From Eledone cirrhosa (Eukaryota): a stretch of DNA of 64,000 nucleotides. Shown here piece after piece: positions 33,281 to 46,699 of this stretch. The translations under genes were made by a program, and so were the position numbers. Below the pieces are notes generated by a model. It was not told the origin of the DNA. It saw only the letters and a program-made list of their open reading frames with translations, and did no database searches. How positions within the stretch are numbered: position 1 is the stretch's first letter; every line of letters starts with the position of its first letter. The DNA lies in contig OZ024755.1 in the NCBI GenBank assembly GCA_964016885.1, forward strand, positions 11,718,001 to 11,782,000, written 5' to 3'.

Positions 33281-34769
33281 CACAAGCACATAACAATCTT
33301 AGTGTAACAAAGGCATACACATATACACAACTATATACAATTATATACACAAACATGCATTTGCACTCTTCGGGAACGCCAGCATTTCTAAATTGCACAG
33401 GTTGACTTTAGGGAAATATAGACAGATGAGCATTTGTGTATGTGTTTCTGTGTTTGTGTGTGTATTTGTATGTGCGTGTATATGTATTTCCATCTAAGTA
33501 AACCTGTAGTTTACACAGTTTCTTTTCGTATTTTCTTTCTTATTTTTTTGTTTTCCTTACGCACACACACAAACACGCACACACGTATGTAAAGGAAAGG
33601 AGTGTAAGACATATAGGTATAGGTATGTACGTTCACTTTAAAAACGCGAGGGAAAACTGGTGAGTAACAAAGTAGATTATAATATATATTTTAATCCGAT
33701 TTCCTTGAATATACTCCGTTGCAATTCCCAAGTTTCACGATGGTTCGCAGATTCCGCAACTGAAGTAGAGACTACAGGACACAGTATATATAGTGACTGT
33801 TATGGGTGTAGAGGTTGTCTATGGCAAGATGTTATAGGTAGGATTTGTGAAGAAATATGAAAATGGGAATACAATTATATCAAAGAAAATGGCGTCTATC
33901 TTGTAAATGAATACACACTGATCTACATACGTATATGTGTGTGTGGATATGTGGTTTGTGTGTATATATGTGTGTGTGGTTAAGTGTCCACGGGTGGTGT
34001 AAGTATGTGTATAAATAGGCATTATAACTTCTGAAATTTCGATTTGCTAGTAGGGAATATGAAATACAGTTTTATTGTATCACAGTAAGTTATTTTGTGG
34101 TGTGAAGCAGAGTGAATAATGATCATCTTTTCCTCTCAGCTGATCATTTTTTGTCTACATAGCCGTGAAATTGGGTAGACGGAAAGATTGTGGAAGACCA
34201 TCAGATGGACTGTGTGTGTAATACAAACGACCAGCCTTGTCAATCACTGTCACACCGAAGCTCTCTGGGAACAGCGTTAAGATTATACGTGTCTGAGGAA
34301 TGCTTAGACACTTGCACAAGCAGGCTGTTTCGTTAATGGAAAATCTGGAACAGCCGTCGTCAAAATTAACGGTAGTCCTTCCAGGGGAGGATTATCTTTT
34401 CTTTTTGCGGGAGCGGTTTCCCACAATTCCTGTGCCACATTCCAGAATAGCTTTTTCATTGTTATCCACCAAATCCCTTCGTTTCCATTTTAATTGGTGC
34501 TTAAATCCAATTAAATTTCAGTCAGTGCTTCAGTTTGCCTCTCATAGTCACTTTCCAAACCCCCGTCGGTTTGCTGTTTGTATTATCAATGCCGAGGCCT
34601 TCTTCTGGGTACAAAGTGAAAAGTTCTCTATTTGTGTAATACATCCCATCCACATGCACACACACATATACCCAATGTTTGACAATAATACCTGTCTGCT
34701 GCTCTCGTTCTTAGATAACACACTCATTGAACAAGTTATTAACAGCACCCGCAGTTAATAACTTGCTTG

Positions 34770-35455
34770 AGGGCGGTAGATTAGCTGAGCTGTGAGAAAG
34801 TCGGACTAAAGCTTAGCTATATCAGTTACAAGTCTTTACATTCTGAGTTCAATTCACGCCGAGGTCAGCTTTCCTTGTCGTGCTTACATGGTCGATACAA
34901 AATAATTGTTTCTACTTTTGGCACAAGGCCAGCAATTATCCAGTTCATTACCGATACTTTATTTTATCGACCCCGTAAGGATGAAAGGCAAAGTTAACCT
35001 CGGCGGGATTTGAACTCAGAATGGCAAGGGCCGTAATTATGCGTCAAAGCATGGCGTCCGACCCTCTACCGACACTGCCAATCCACCGCCCTCGATAAAA
35101 TATAATGGTTTCTTCTATAGGCACAATGCCATCAATTTTGGAGGAAGGGAAAGTCGATTAAATCGACCCCAGTGCGTGACTGGTACTTTATTTTATCGAC
35201 CTCGTAAGGATGACACGCAAAGTTAACCTTGCCGGGATTTGAACTCAGATCATAAAGGGCCATAACTCTATGCTGCAAAGCATGGCGTCCGACCCTCTAC
35301 CGATACTGCCAATCCACCGCCCTTTGCCAATCCACCGCCCTCGATAAAATATAATTGTTCCTACTTTAGGCACAAGGCCAGCAATTACCCAGTACATTAC
35401 TGGTACTTTATTTTATCGACCCCCGTAAGGATGAAAGGCAAAGTCAACCTCGAAA
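34770..35455. mobile_element. SINE family A cluster (one plus-strand partial and three minus-strand copies in tandem)
   Basis: Repeated GGCACAAGGCCAGC / TTTATCGACCCCGTAAGGATGAAAGGC blocks. Confidence 0.85.
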
Positions 35456-36329
35456 ATATAATGCCAGTAAAACACAGGGGGCGATGTGTTCGACTTCCAT
35501 TTCTTCCAAAATCGCTGGCTTCGTGCCTAACTTGTATAATATTCTCATCTCATCGCTGGCCCCGTGCCTAACATGGACATTTTTATTATCAGCTTGTCTC
35601 TCTGAGGCACACTGCATGTGGTCAGTACTATAGATGGCTACTTCGTAACATCACAGCCTATGTCCAGAATTAAATAGGAAATCATGAGATAAATTGTACG
35701 TGGTAAAAGAATAACGAGGGAGAGAGAGGAGAGTGTCAAATATGGTATAACCTTATAACTAATTATTGAAATAATCGAATGGTTCTAGGACAATTCGTCC
35801 ACGAGGTTTCAGAAAATTCCAAACAAGCAAGTTGAAGATTTCCTTGTATAAAACCTAAATGAGTAATACTTTCCAGTTCCACACTGGGTGAGTGGAGGTG
35901 GGGGTATGCAAATCATTTAAAAATTAAACAGTATCTACTGACGTGACAGGTAAAGGGATTTCATAATTGATAGTTTGTGGCTGGGTGGTGAGCTGGGTGC
36001 AAATATGTTCTCTATTTTACTGTGAGGCGATATTGTCAAATCAAGAATATCCGACGTTAACGTGTATATATTGAGTAGTTATTGTATTTATGTGACACTA
36101 AAAGGTGATACATCAAGTGATGCTGGGAAATTCCTGGCTATATTGAGTCATGTCCGAGTTATCTGCCGGGTTAGCATGCGTGTAAACACACACACACACG
36201 TGTGTCTGTGTGTTTACACGTGTGGGTGTGTATGTGTGTGTGTGTGTATGTGTGTATTTAAAAAGTTCACTTTGACACGAGAGCTATAAACAATTCATAT
36301 ATATATATATCCGTATATGTGTGTATGAA

Positions 36330-36368
<39 letters not shown>

Positions 36369-36829
36369 CAACAATAACGATAGATATATAACCATGCATG
36401 GATACATCCAGCCATTTACCCATAACTAAATACATAGTGTTGTAGGTGTTAATCGAATAAAAACATCACCTTTATTCGCACCGATTAATGTTTTATTCCG
36501 ATTCTTTCAAGCATGTTTCTTTACTTGGCTGAGATCTTCAATAATATCGAAGATAAATAGTTCGATGATTACCAAGCAACATAGAAGATTACTCTTCCGT
36601 ATAAATTGGGAAATATACGGTTTATTTAAAGAACGATAGTTGTTATATGTAATACGTAAAAGAAAAGAAATATGTTCACATACTCACGGTTACGGAATAC
36701 AGAATGTTATTTCTGGCGATGGTGGAAATCCAGTCATTTAATATACTAGAGTTATGTGTGATACATTGGGTGTCATGTATCACAGCCTTGGGTTGAGCCA
36801 AGTATTGTGAGGGAAATTGGGTAGACTGA

Positions 36830-37370
36830 TAATACAAGATGAACTGTACTTGTATTTCAAAGTGTTACTCTGAATCTGATTGAGAATGGCGTTGAGGGTA
36901 CGTGTCTTTGGCATGCACATCTACTTACACTATAATACAGAATGAAATGTACCTGTAATGTGAAGAGCCAGTTTTGTCGCATATTGTCACACGAACGAAA
37001 TCTCCTTCACGGTACACTTATCTATGGAATATTCAGCCACTTAGATAATACTAGAAAATGGACTACACCTGGAATTCAAAAGAACAGTCTTGTCACGCAC
37101 CGAGTTATAACGAAATCTCCATGGGATACATGTACCCTGAAGATAATTGTCATATGAGTATATGTCTCTATGGAATTCTCACTCGCCTACAATATGACGA
37201 GATGGACTATACGTGTAATTCAAAGAGCAAGTATTGTCATACACAAAATCACACTGAAATACCCTCAAAATTACGTGTTCACGCTTCTGCAGAATGCTCA
37301 CTCATTTGCGGATTAATTTCACGTACACCTGGAACATTCACCGTCGAAAGTGACGATAGCCCATTCCATT
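36830..37370. repeat. Old degenerate tandem repeat (~120-bp period) of a SINE-derived segment
   Basis: Recurring TTGTCAC...GAAATCTCC...CTATGGAAT..TCA.CCAC blocks. Confidence 0.5.
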
Positions 37371-37732
37371 CCATTTGCTATCGGAATATATCGGCAGTAG
37401 TGATGTATTAGATAAAAATAGGCCGTATTTGTATAACAGTTAATCTCTTCGTAAGCAGCTGTAAGTTCTGACTGTTTAGGCCAGACAGACAAATTAATGA
37501 TCATTATATAAAATAAAGTACCAGTCATGCACTGGGTATTTGTGGCCTTGTGCCTAAAGTAGAAACAATTATATATATATATATAATATGAAATAGAAAG
37601 AGAGAGTGAGAAGAGGAAGGAACGGGGAAAAAATTATATATATATATCTGTGTTTTATTGGCGAACGTGAGAAAAAGTACTCAATACCAAAGTAGAACTT
37701 AAATATAATTTATTATGGCTAAGCAGTGAACC

Positions 37733-37779
37733 TTGTTACAATAGAGTTTCACTTGCACACTCACAGGATCATCAGACAA
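37733..37779 (-). ncRNA. Type I hammerhead ribozyme motif in a (TA)n-anchored island (37648-37790)
   Basis: ttgt CTGATGA t cctgt-gagtgt-gcaag t GAAA ctctattg TA acaa. GTACTCAATAC at ~37677. Confidence 0.55.
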
Positions 37780-38539
37780 CTCTATCAGATACCTCTAGAC
37801 ATGAGGTTCGATCCTTCGTAGCGGCAGCTGTTAATTTCTTTCTCTGTCTCCAAGGGTCTCTACCCTATTTTGGAGACAGTATATGTAGTTTTTTTTCTAC
37901 ACTCGAGCAGCCTACATCTATAAATTTATTGACTCGGTATTTCGGAAGTTAGAAAGTTGGACCTTTGCATACGATATTCGTTTATATTCTCAAAACCTGT
38001 TTGATTAAGTTCCTTAATTTAGACGATAAGATGTTGTCAGGTAGCTCAGTGACTCGAGCACTCAGTCTCTGTATGCGAGAGACAGGAGGTTCCACCCGAA
38101 GGGTGGTTTTTCTGCTAGTATAGATAATGAAATATATAGAAAAATCATTTGTACTTCATTTGATAGTCAATAAATCGAACACAGTTATCAATGAGAAACA
38201 TGAGCTTCCTAATCGAACACAGTTATCAATGAGAAACATGAGCTTCCTGCTTGGGCAATATTTTCATTCTTAGTATAGTCTTCTCCCATTTTGACAGTTA
38301 TATATGAAATTTATAACGAATTTGAAGTTGTATTTCTCACATTTTGAAATAAAAGCTTGCTCTTTCATGCTGCATGTAATTATATCTCGCGGCACAATTA
38401 GGGAGCAATTGAGCTAGACCCTGGAATTTGGTCTAACTGCAAGCTTACTTATAGCGCCCCAACCATCAATATCGTTCAACCACAAAACAAACATTTTAAA
38501 CTGACAACAAAATATGTTTAAGTATGAATTTCTAGGATA

Positions 38540-38778
38540 TAATTACATGATAATAATTGAGCAGTATATCATAAAAGCAAAACACACTATGAAAGGGGGA
38601 AAAGGGAAGAAAATAAGGAAATGAAAAAAAAAACATAGAGGGGAAGAGACATACACTCCACGGATAAAATGGCAAAGGCGTTACCGCGAAGAATAGACAC
38701 AGACACCCATTGCAACAACCACCCCACCTCACGGGATTCCATCCTCAAGCAGGCCACCGTCTGCCCGATTGTGATCTG
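38540..38778 (-). mobile_element. CRE-clade non-LTR retrotransposon 3' end fragment
   Basis: Minus strand translates IGQTVACLRMESREVGWLLQWVSVSILRGNAFAILS, matching the CRE C-terminal pattern RExxWLxQRxSxAIQRGNA. Confidence 0.6.
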
Positions 38779-39349
38779 TTTCAGTAATTTGAATTCGTAT
38801 TCAAAGTGTGAAAATTTAGATTATTTCAACGCTATCTTTAAAGCAGAGAATACTAATTGGAAATAAAATAAATACATGAAAATATAAAACAAAAACATAT
38901 ATTATAAAACCAATAAATATGTAGAGAAATATTTAAAATACAATAATCAGTAACTGTTAAATATTGTTTACAAGAAAGTTGGGTTAATTTTGAAAAGTTT
39001 TTAGCTTGCTAAAGAATCCTCTTATGACGCAACAAACAGATCGCTGTTTCTGCAAAGCATTTTTTTTTTTTATTAGTAACGATAAAGAGAGACAAAACGT
39101 AAAAAGTAAGAGAGAGATAGAGAGACAAAAAAAACTTACCCTTCACAGAAGATTTGCACCTCCATTTGTTTTGTCTTGCATTCTAAAAAAAAAAGAAAAT
39201 AGAACGATTTTGAGAGATGCTAGCGTTCGTATGATAGACAGACAAACATGTTGTACAGTTATTATAGTCTAGATTATTTTCATGTTTGGCATTCTACGTC
39301 ACTGTTCAACCTTGTGGTACTGGGCTCTAGAAGGTTTATTCTTTTTCCC

Positions 39350-40690
39350 GCCATGATGGCACACTGGAAAAATATATACAAATTGGTGTGCAAAAAAAAA
39401 AAAAAATGACAATTTTTTTATTTTATATAAAAAAACTGTTTAATTTAAATGTTTAGAAAGAAACAAATAAATAAACTAGACCATTGCTTATTGGTTAGAG
39501 AAATGTTTCTATTTTTTGGACTCTTGTTTAAGATCATTTTGTTGATGTAATCAAAACATCAGATAATGGGATACCTGAAGTCATCATACGAGATAATTTC
39601 CTGTGATTTGTTCCACTAAAGGGAACTATAGGTGCCTTTATAGCAGAAACTCTTCTTGAACAGCTTGGACAAATTGGATTATTAATTGATAACTAAAAAA
39701 TATCTTGTAGATTGCAGGTTTGAAGAGGGATTTCAAAACGTTTTGGTAGATGCTACTGAAATTGCAAATAAACTAGAGATAGTACCAGACTTTGAAACAG
39801 ATCATATTAGAACCGGAGAAAGAAACGGCATTTTGAATATGAGGCTCAAGAAGAGACACCACAAGATCCAACATAGAAATTTGAAATAAGTTTCTACTAT
39901 GAAGTTTTAGACATAGACATACAATCTATTGATGAGAGATTGCTACATCTACAACATTATAATTCACTCTTTGGCTTCTTGTATAATATATACAATATAA
40001 GGATAAATATGCCGATGATATACTTAAGGACTGCAAGAATTTAGAAAAATCTTTGATACATAATGGAAACAAAGATATTGATGTTGATGATATATGCTGT
40101 GAACTTTTAGCCATAGCTCGAAGACTCCCAAATTCTATGCCACTAAAAGAAGTACTTCTTTTCACACTCCAACAAAAGCCTTTGGGTAATTTCCCTAATA
40201 TTGCTATTGCGTCGAGGATCCTTCTCACACTTCCAGTATCAGTGGCAAGTGGTGAATGTAGTTTCTCAAAGCTCAAGCTTATAAAACCATACATTTGCTC
40301 TACAATGTTGCAAGAGAGATTAGCTGGCTTAGAAACTATATCAATTGAACACGATCAGGCTTCATCGCTTGATTTAGCTGAATTGGTTAAAAACTTTGCC
40401 GAGAAAAAAGGACGTAAAGTGAGTCTTTCTGTCTGCATTCATCTCCCTGTCTGTTCAACTGTCCATTATGGTGTTAGTTCATCGCTAATGTACACCCTTT
40501 GTTTATTATGTCTTAATTAGCAAATCAAATAGTATCAAGTAGTGCTTGGGGGGGGGGGGGCTGACACTTGAGCACTGACGGGAATTTTTTTTTTTAATTT
40601 GTTTATAAATTTTAAAATTTATATTTTCCGGGGGGGAGGGTGCAAAATCTAACCATGCCTAGGGAGCCAGATAGTCTGGCGCTAGCCCTG
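39350..40690 (+). mobile_element. Decayed, internally deleted hAT transposon (ZMYM1-like transposase); right end at 40690, left end not located
   Basis: Fragmented transposase ORFs. The minus-strand terminus CAGGGCTAGCGCCAG resembles a hAT TIR. Confidence 0.75.
40053..40430 (+). pseudogene. hAT transposase C-terminal dimerization domain
   Basis: FPNIAIASRILLTLPVSVASGECSFSKLKLIK..STMLQERL..L..ISIE. Upstream frames are broken by stops and frameshifts. Confidence 0.9.
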
Positions 40691-41093
40691 TATGTATGTG
40701 TATATATATAAAGAGAGAGAGAAAAAGAGAGATGCACAGGTGTGTTTTGCATATGATTCTGGTGAAAAAGGAAACAACAGTTATAATTGTTGTTTTTCAA
40801 ATAAGCAAATATAAAGAGTATATATATGTAAAGGTAAATGATAGAGTTGATTTATTTACTGTTTTCGATTTCATATATATATGCTTTCTTAAGAAACAGA
40901 AATGTGTTACCTTTCAGCCAACATTTAATAATCAATTTTATTTTTCTGATGTACTCACTTTTTACTGTTAGCAAATGTTTTCAATAATAGAACACCCAAA
41001 CTTCTGAAAATATGAACTCATTGTCTCTTGAACTTAATAATCTACCAGTACATTTGCTCTGTTTGTAAGTGGGTATCCAATTTTATATATATA

Positions 41094-41325
41094 TAGTTAT
41101 GTAATGAACAACATAAGATAATTATTTCAATTACCAGTGGTTTCTTGAAGGCAGATGTGTCTGTCTTCAGAATGAATAAATAACATGGTGTTTTTATTAA
41201 ATATGGATATAATAAAAACACCATGTTTGTCTTCAGTCGTCAGAATGAATAAATGACACAAAATCTGCCTTCAAGAAACCACTGGTAATTGAAATAATTA
41301 TCTTATGTTGTTTATTACATAACTA
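41094..41325. mobile_element. Fold-back / MITE-like element with 63-bp arms and a nested 18-bp inner palindrome
   Basis: Outer arms 41094-41156 and 41263-41325; inner arms 41182-41199 and 41210-41227; TA at both ends. Confidence 0.7.
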
Positions 41326-41506
41326 ATAAGCTCTGTAGCCTGCAGAGAGTACTCTTTTTTCCTGTACCTTTCCGACAGAAATACTTCATTCACAAACACA
41401 TATGTATAGTAATAATAAATGTGAAGACTAAAATCCAAAGAGGGCTCGACAAGGATAAATATATATCAAATATATAAGAACCCTAGAGTAAATATTTATA
41501 TAACAG

Positions 41507-41559
41507 AAGTTTCAGAAGATCCTGTTACGGGTGAAAGCAGCGATTCTTTGCTTAAACTT
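41507..41559 (+). ncRNA. Hammerhead-like motif with a U4A core substitution
   Basis: aagttt CAGAAGA t cctg-tta-cggg t GAAA gca..tgc TT aaactt. All three stems pair. Confidence 0.45.
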
Positions 41560-42299
41560 TAATCTGTTATTTTAATATATGTATATATATATTGTATATA
41601 TTTAATACATTAAAAGAGAAAGCTTTAAGCAATACTCCGACCGACATCCATCTCACTCAACAAACATTAGGATATACCTGAGTATAATCCTAATTATATG
41701 TTTGGGGTGCTAACTATATTGTATTTTGCAGATAGCCGACTGTATTTTATATGAGACATAATTAAATACATCTCTCCTTCCAAACGATCATTTCGTTATA
41801 AGTTTTCTACAAATTGAGAAAATAATGTCCAGGTTATGTAGAAGCCTGCATATAGTCCATAGGTATACATGCAGGTGGGCACTTATAACTCATCAGTGGA
41901 TGCCCAGCAATATCAATATAAAAAAAATCATACTGATATTAATATTCGGCGATGGTCCCCGTCAGTGCTAGAATGACCGCCAAATTTGAAATTCCAGCAG
42001 TCTCACAAAAAGAAATTTCACACTGTCCCCAAACGGGAAGGGGAGGTCATCGTAAAACATAAAATAATATATACGCAGGTCAATTAATTCTGTCATGAAT
42101 TTTAACCACGCGTGAAGAACTCTATATATGTGTGTGTGTGTGTACATATGTAGTTTATTGATGTGTAACGTCTAGTTACTATTGGTTCACTTGTTCGATC
42201 ACGCAATGCCAATATGTGTCCAGTTGCCCAAGGGGTATTCTACATTTGGTATTACACCGTAGTCAGTATTAAGAAGCAGAGTGTTAATAAAAATATTAA

Positions 42300-42500
42300 A
42301 TGTTTGTACTTTATGCACAAAGCCAGTATTTTTAAGGGGGTGGGAAGTCGATTAAATCGACTCCAGTGTATTACCGGTACTTTATTGTATCGACCCCGTA
42401 AGGTTAAAAGGCAAGGTTAATCTGCGCGGGATTTGAACCCGAATAATAACTTTAATAATAAGGTATCTATCCCGATGATCTAACGACTCTGCCAATTTAC
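42300..42500 (-). mobile_element. SINE family A copy
   Basis: AGTCGATTAAATCGAC..GGTACTTTATTGTATCGACCCCGTAAGG..GGGATTTGAAC. Confidence 0.7.
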
Positions 42501-43720
42501 TAAAGACAAGAAGAACCGAACTCCAAGACAATATCTGACTTTCAACCACTTCAAGACATGAATATATCAACAGAATTTAAAGCGCAATTATGAAAAAAAT
42601 TTGCATCTTTTCATTCATTAGATGCAAATGTTCAAGAGGTGACAATGGTCTTTGAAGAATTCATAACAACAGCCGACAGAATTCTTGGTAAAATGAAGAA
42701 TGTTAAGTATTCTTGGATAAATTAAGATGTTTAAACAATTGTATTCTAAGAAGAGTTCTGAAATAGAAATGATATGAAACGGAATATAAATTACATGTAG
42801 GTAAGACATTTTAGCTATTTAAACACAAAAAAACTGTTAAATTCATTTTACATTTATCATTTAATCTTTGCAGCGGAATTGTATGAATGATCTGGCGGAA
42901 AACAGTACAACGATTCTAACACCAACATAATTAATAAATGTGAATTTAACAGTGTTTTTCTGTTTTTGTTTTAGATTGGCTTGTTTTTTTTTTTACTGGT
43001 TAACATGAATTATATAAATACTATATATGATGTTGCTCGGCACTAATATCGTCGTAAGAATGAAAAGTGAAGCCGACATAACGACTCTACCAATTCGCAG
43101 ATAGAGGAACGTGAATCGTTCGAATGAATTGTTAAAGTAGAATGTATAAATTGTCCTTAGTCTCCATGTTGCCGATGATTTCCACTTAATAAGACATTAT
43201 AAAATATTTTAAAAAAAGATGTCATGAAGATTTATAAGATGTCTTGATACAAATAGGGGAAAATATGGAATTAAAATAATTCTTGTATAAAGCAAAGTGA
43301 CGATAGCTAGTAAAAAGTATAAATATAATATTCGGTGTAACTGTAATAGCAAGGTTGAAGCTTCACCAAGGTGAGAAATTTTAAATATTTAAGGTAGAAA
43401 ACTAATGGAAGATGTGAGGTGAGTGGGAGAAGTAAAATGTTAGATTGTTACATGTACAGCCTCTTCAATAATACGAGAATTTGTTTAAAAAAGAGAAAAG
43501 ATTATGGTAACTATAAAAATACGTTTGATAAGGGAGATATCTATTCCAACTAAACTGATGTTGAAAGTCGTACAAAAGTAAAAACGAAAGATCACTGTCT
43601 TTGAAAGGTAATGTTATAAATATATTTTTTTCATCCCGTATACAGAACACTAATATAAGGGGAATATGCAGAGAGAAATGGTTGGGGTGGCTGTGAAATA
43701 GTAATCTCTTCTGCCATATA
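42500..43720 (+). pseudogene. Ancient RTE-like LINE remnant (EN-RT linker and RT C-terminal half)
   Basis: FEEFITTADRILGKMKNVKYSWI; VADDFHLI; KYGIKI...SKV; EDVR*VGEVKC*I. Many stops. Confidence 0.55.
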
Positions 43721-45028
43721 TCAAAAGGAGTTAAACGTCCCCACCGATAACAGCAATAATAACTGCAACAACATCAATATTCCGAAATCGATATTCTACT
43801 AACACCATAACAGGTTTCATCAACACTACTTCTACTACTCTATCAATAACAAAGACAGAAACACAAAAAGAAGGAGATTGTGTAGAAACATACCGTATGG
43901 ACTATGCTTGTAAGTCAAAAGATCCAATCTTGTCGCATATTTTGAACTAGAATCCTTTGCTGTGAAACAAAATTAAATGAAGCCTAGTTAGATCTACCCT
44001 ATCTTTACATTTACGTTGTGCTTTAGCATGAATTATTACTATTTATTTGTCACCAAACTGACCATTTCCAGCAATTTCTATATTCTGTATGGCCGAGGAA
44101 AGACATCTAATCCCAAAACCGTTGTTATATCTACAATATGTTTAATATAAAATATTGGCAAACACACAGTCATAAATATAATGTGTGTGTGTGTGTGTGT
44201 CATTATACACACTAATGTATTTGAGTATGTATACAGGTCCATGCACAATCAGTGCATCATGTGCAATTTGAGTACATATATACATACGTGAACAATAGAG
44301 ACACTGTGTGTTGCTGTGAGCGTATGCATGAGAGAGAGAGAGAGATGTGAGAGAGAGAGGTGAGACTAGATATTCATTCTTCTTGTTTCTGGGAGATATT
44401 CTGCTAGAAATGTATATCATTAGACACTTTATTTACTTCTGGACGATAACAATATATTTTTATTGCTATTAGTGTCAAAAACATAATACATTACATTATC
44501 ATTATATTGTAGTTCAATATATATATATATTCTATGTGTAAAAGGTAAACAGAAATAACAACACAATCGATACAGTATATGGATATATATCTATACCAAA
44601 TTAACGAAACAATAATATTTATGGTTTTAGAATATAAATCATAGAGCGTCGGATAAAACGTCTTGCGGGCATTTATTGTCTCTTTACGGCAAAACATTCC
44701 CCAAACTGTTTGAAATATGTTTATGACGTGTCCTACTCTGTTGTAATCGTAAAGAACGATTTAAAACGTACATAAAAATATAATGGGTATTGACTACCTC
44801 GTTGTAATCCGCCTGGAAGGTCATACGCAGGCCATGAGTTCAGCTCTGAACAGACACATGAAGCATTAATCAAGTCCTCAGCTGGAGTGAACATAGTTTG
44901 GCTTTATTCAAAGTATTGTGTTTTATTGTTTGTGTCAGAGGTTCCCATACTGTGCGACACGAGATGTAATTAGGTGTGCCGCCAAAGAACATGATTCTAG
45001 TTCAAAATGTAGAAAATACAACTTGAAA

Positions 45029-45942
45029 TCTATATATATAAAACTGTGGTTGTCTGTCTGTCTATCGATTTTTGGCACACATCTCCTCTTAGAATCTCTC
45101 ACGGAATTGCACCGAAATTGCTATACTTGTACATTGAGCCCTAGCGAAGACATCGGAAAAAAAATATTTCAAATTGACCCACCCTATCTGACGAAATCGA
45201 ATATAATGTATCGATTTTTGAGCGTAAGTTATCAGTTATTTCCCTTTGTTCTGTTTACATTGAGCGTCTTACGTAAAAAATTACGCTGGCTTTAACAGTT
45301 GTCGAGCCAGCAAAATATTGACCTGCAAAATTCATCAGTTCGAACACTGAGCTTCCGTTTTGCTTCATTTCCATTTAAAAGCATTTTAAAACAATATTTG
45401 TACTTGAAAACAAGTCTATTTAAAGACTACGTAAAACAAGCAAATATTTCGTCGTTAGGCGTGCAGACAGACATTCGTGCAGACAGACAGTCGTGCAGAG
45501 AGGTGATATAGGCGTGCAGACAGACAGTCGTGCAGAGAGGTGATATAGGCGTGCAGACAGACAGTCGTGCAGAGAGGTGATATAGGCGTGCAGACAGACA
45601 GTCGTGCAGAGAGGTGATATAGGCGTGCAGACAGACATAACTGATAATTTGGTTACGCTAATGTTTTTCTCTGCGTTGCAGTGTTTACATTTTCGATCTT
45701 TGTTAATAAATAACCAGTGCAGTTTCTATCCCCAGCATCCTCTTTTGTTATAACATTCGGGTTATCGTTATGTTTTCTTAACTTCATAAGGCATATTGTT
45801 GGTTGAGGGAATATTAATCAAAAACACCACATGCAAGTCTGCACAGTAGACACTACAGTTTTTAAGCCAAAAAAGAAACTTAACATTGTAACTTTAACAC
45901 AGCTACTGAGCGACCCCGAGCAACGCCGGGCTTTACTGCTAG
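45029..45942 (+). mobile_element. Complete non-autonomous Helitron (~914 bp)
   Basis: A^TC 5' end followed by TATATATATAAA and (GTCT)n; 3' hairpin CCCGAGCAACGCCGGG then CTAG^T; no TSD. Confidence 0.85.
45456..45637. repeat. 37-bp minisatellite (~4-5 units) inside the Helitron
   Basis: Unit GGCGTGCAGACAGACAGTCGTGCAGAGAGGTGATATA. Confidence 0.92.
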
Positions 45943-46184
45943 TGTGTTATAAAGTTCATCTATAACTTTTAAGGGCTCAACGCTTCGTATCTCGTCTCCT
46001 ACCCAGAGTTAGTTAGTAGTTATGTGCACCACAACGGATTCGGTAAAACGGACCGCTCTAAAAGCGGCAGCATTTAAAAACAATAAATATTAAATTTAAA
46101 AGAGAAATAATGAAACACACACACACATATGTATATATATGTGTGCGTGTGTGTATATAAACATGTGGTGTGTGTGTTGTCTAT

Positions 46185-46497
46185 TCTGACGATGAATGTC
46201 CCAGTTGTTCTGTCAATGGGACAGCACACTCGTGAAATTAATGTACAAGTGGCTGATTATTTCACAGGCACGTGTACCATTAACCTACTTCTCGTGGAAA
46301 TTCCGCCTGACATAGTGTATGCCATGACAGGCTCTATGAATTACATGTACAACTCATTTATTTTCACCGGAGTGAAGTAGAACAGCGTGAAATAATATTT
46401 ATTGTACAAGGTCAAGGACACAACACACCGTCTGGAATCGAACTCACGATCTGACAATCATGAGCTTAACAACTGAACCACTAAGCGACGCACTTTC
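46185..46497 (-). mobile_element. tRNA-derived SINE (family B-like head, different tail)
   Basis: GGAATCGAACTCACGATC..AACCACTAAGC (B and A boxes on the minus strand), CAAGGACACAAC. Relatives at ~50690-51280, ~62280-62430 and ~63575-64000. Confidence 0.65.
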
Positions 46498-46699
46498 ACT
46501 AAACATATGTGTACGTTCATAAATTTGTGTATTTGTGTCCGTAAGTGTGTGTGTGCACGCTTGATTTATGTATGCCTGTTTCTGTTTTCGTGTATATATG
46601 GCGTGTGTATATTCAGATAACTTTATATTCAGAAAGCAAACGGAAATTGTTAGTTCTTTGAACATTTCTCAAACTATGATTTCTACAGATGCACTTTGC

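Noticed and set aside
38173-38248. 38-bp direct tandem duplication (similar small ones at ~7415, ~35310, ~58055 and ~59540)
   Set aside because: Ordinary slippage duplications with no further structure.
41830-41900. CTGATGA on the minus strand; also isolated CTGANGA at ~13660, 16865, 41165, 41230, 45335 and 59674
   Set aside because: No correctly placed GAAA/UH or no stem I pairing, so not counted as hammerheads.
42600-42940. Apparent exons (TTAG and TTGCAG acceptors, GTAAG donor, AATAAA)
   Set aside because: The sequence translates as the linker of a decayed RTE LINE extending across the supposed splice sites, with in-frame stops.
44936-44990. CAGAGGTTCCCATACTGTG, a hAT/Charlie-like terminus
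   Set aside because: No matching second TIR or TSD found.
32767-45637. CRISPR-like reading of the 72-bp and 37-bp arrays
   Set aside because: Units are contiguous with no unique spacers, there are no cas genes, and the context is eukaryotic.
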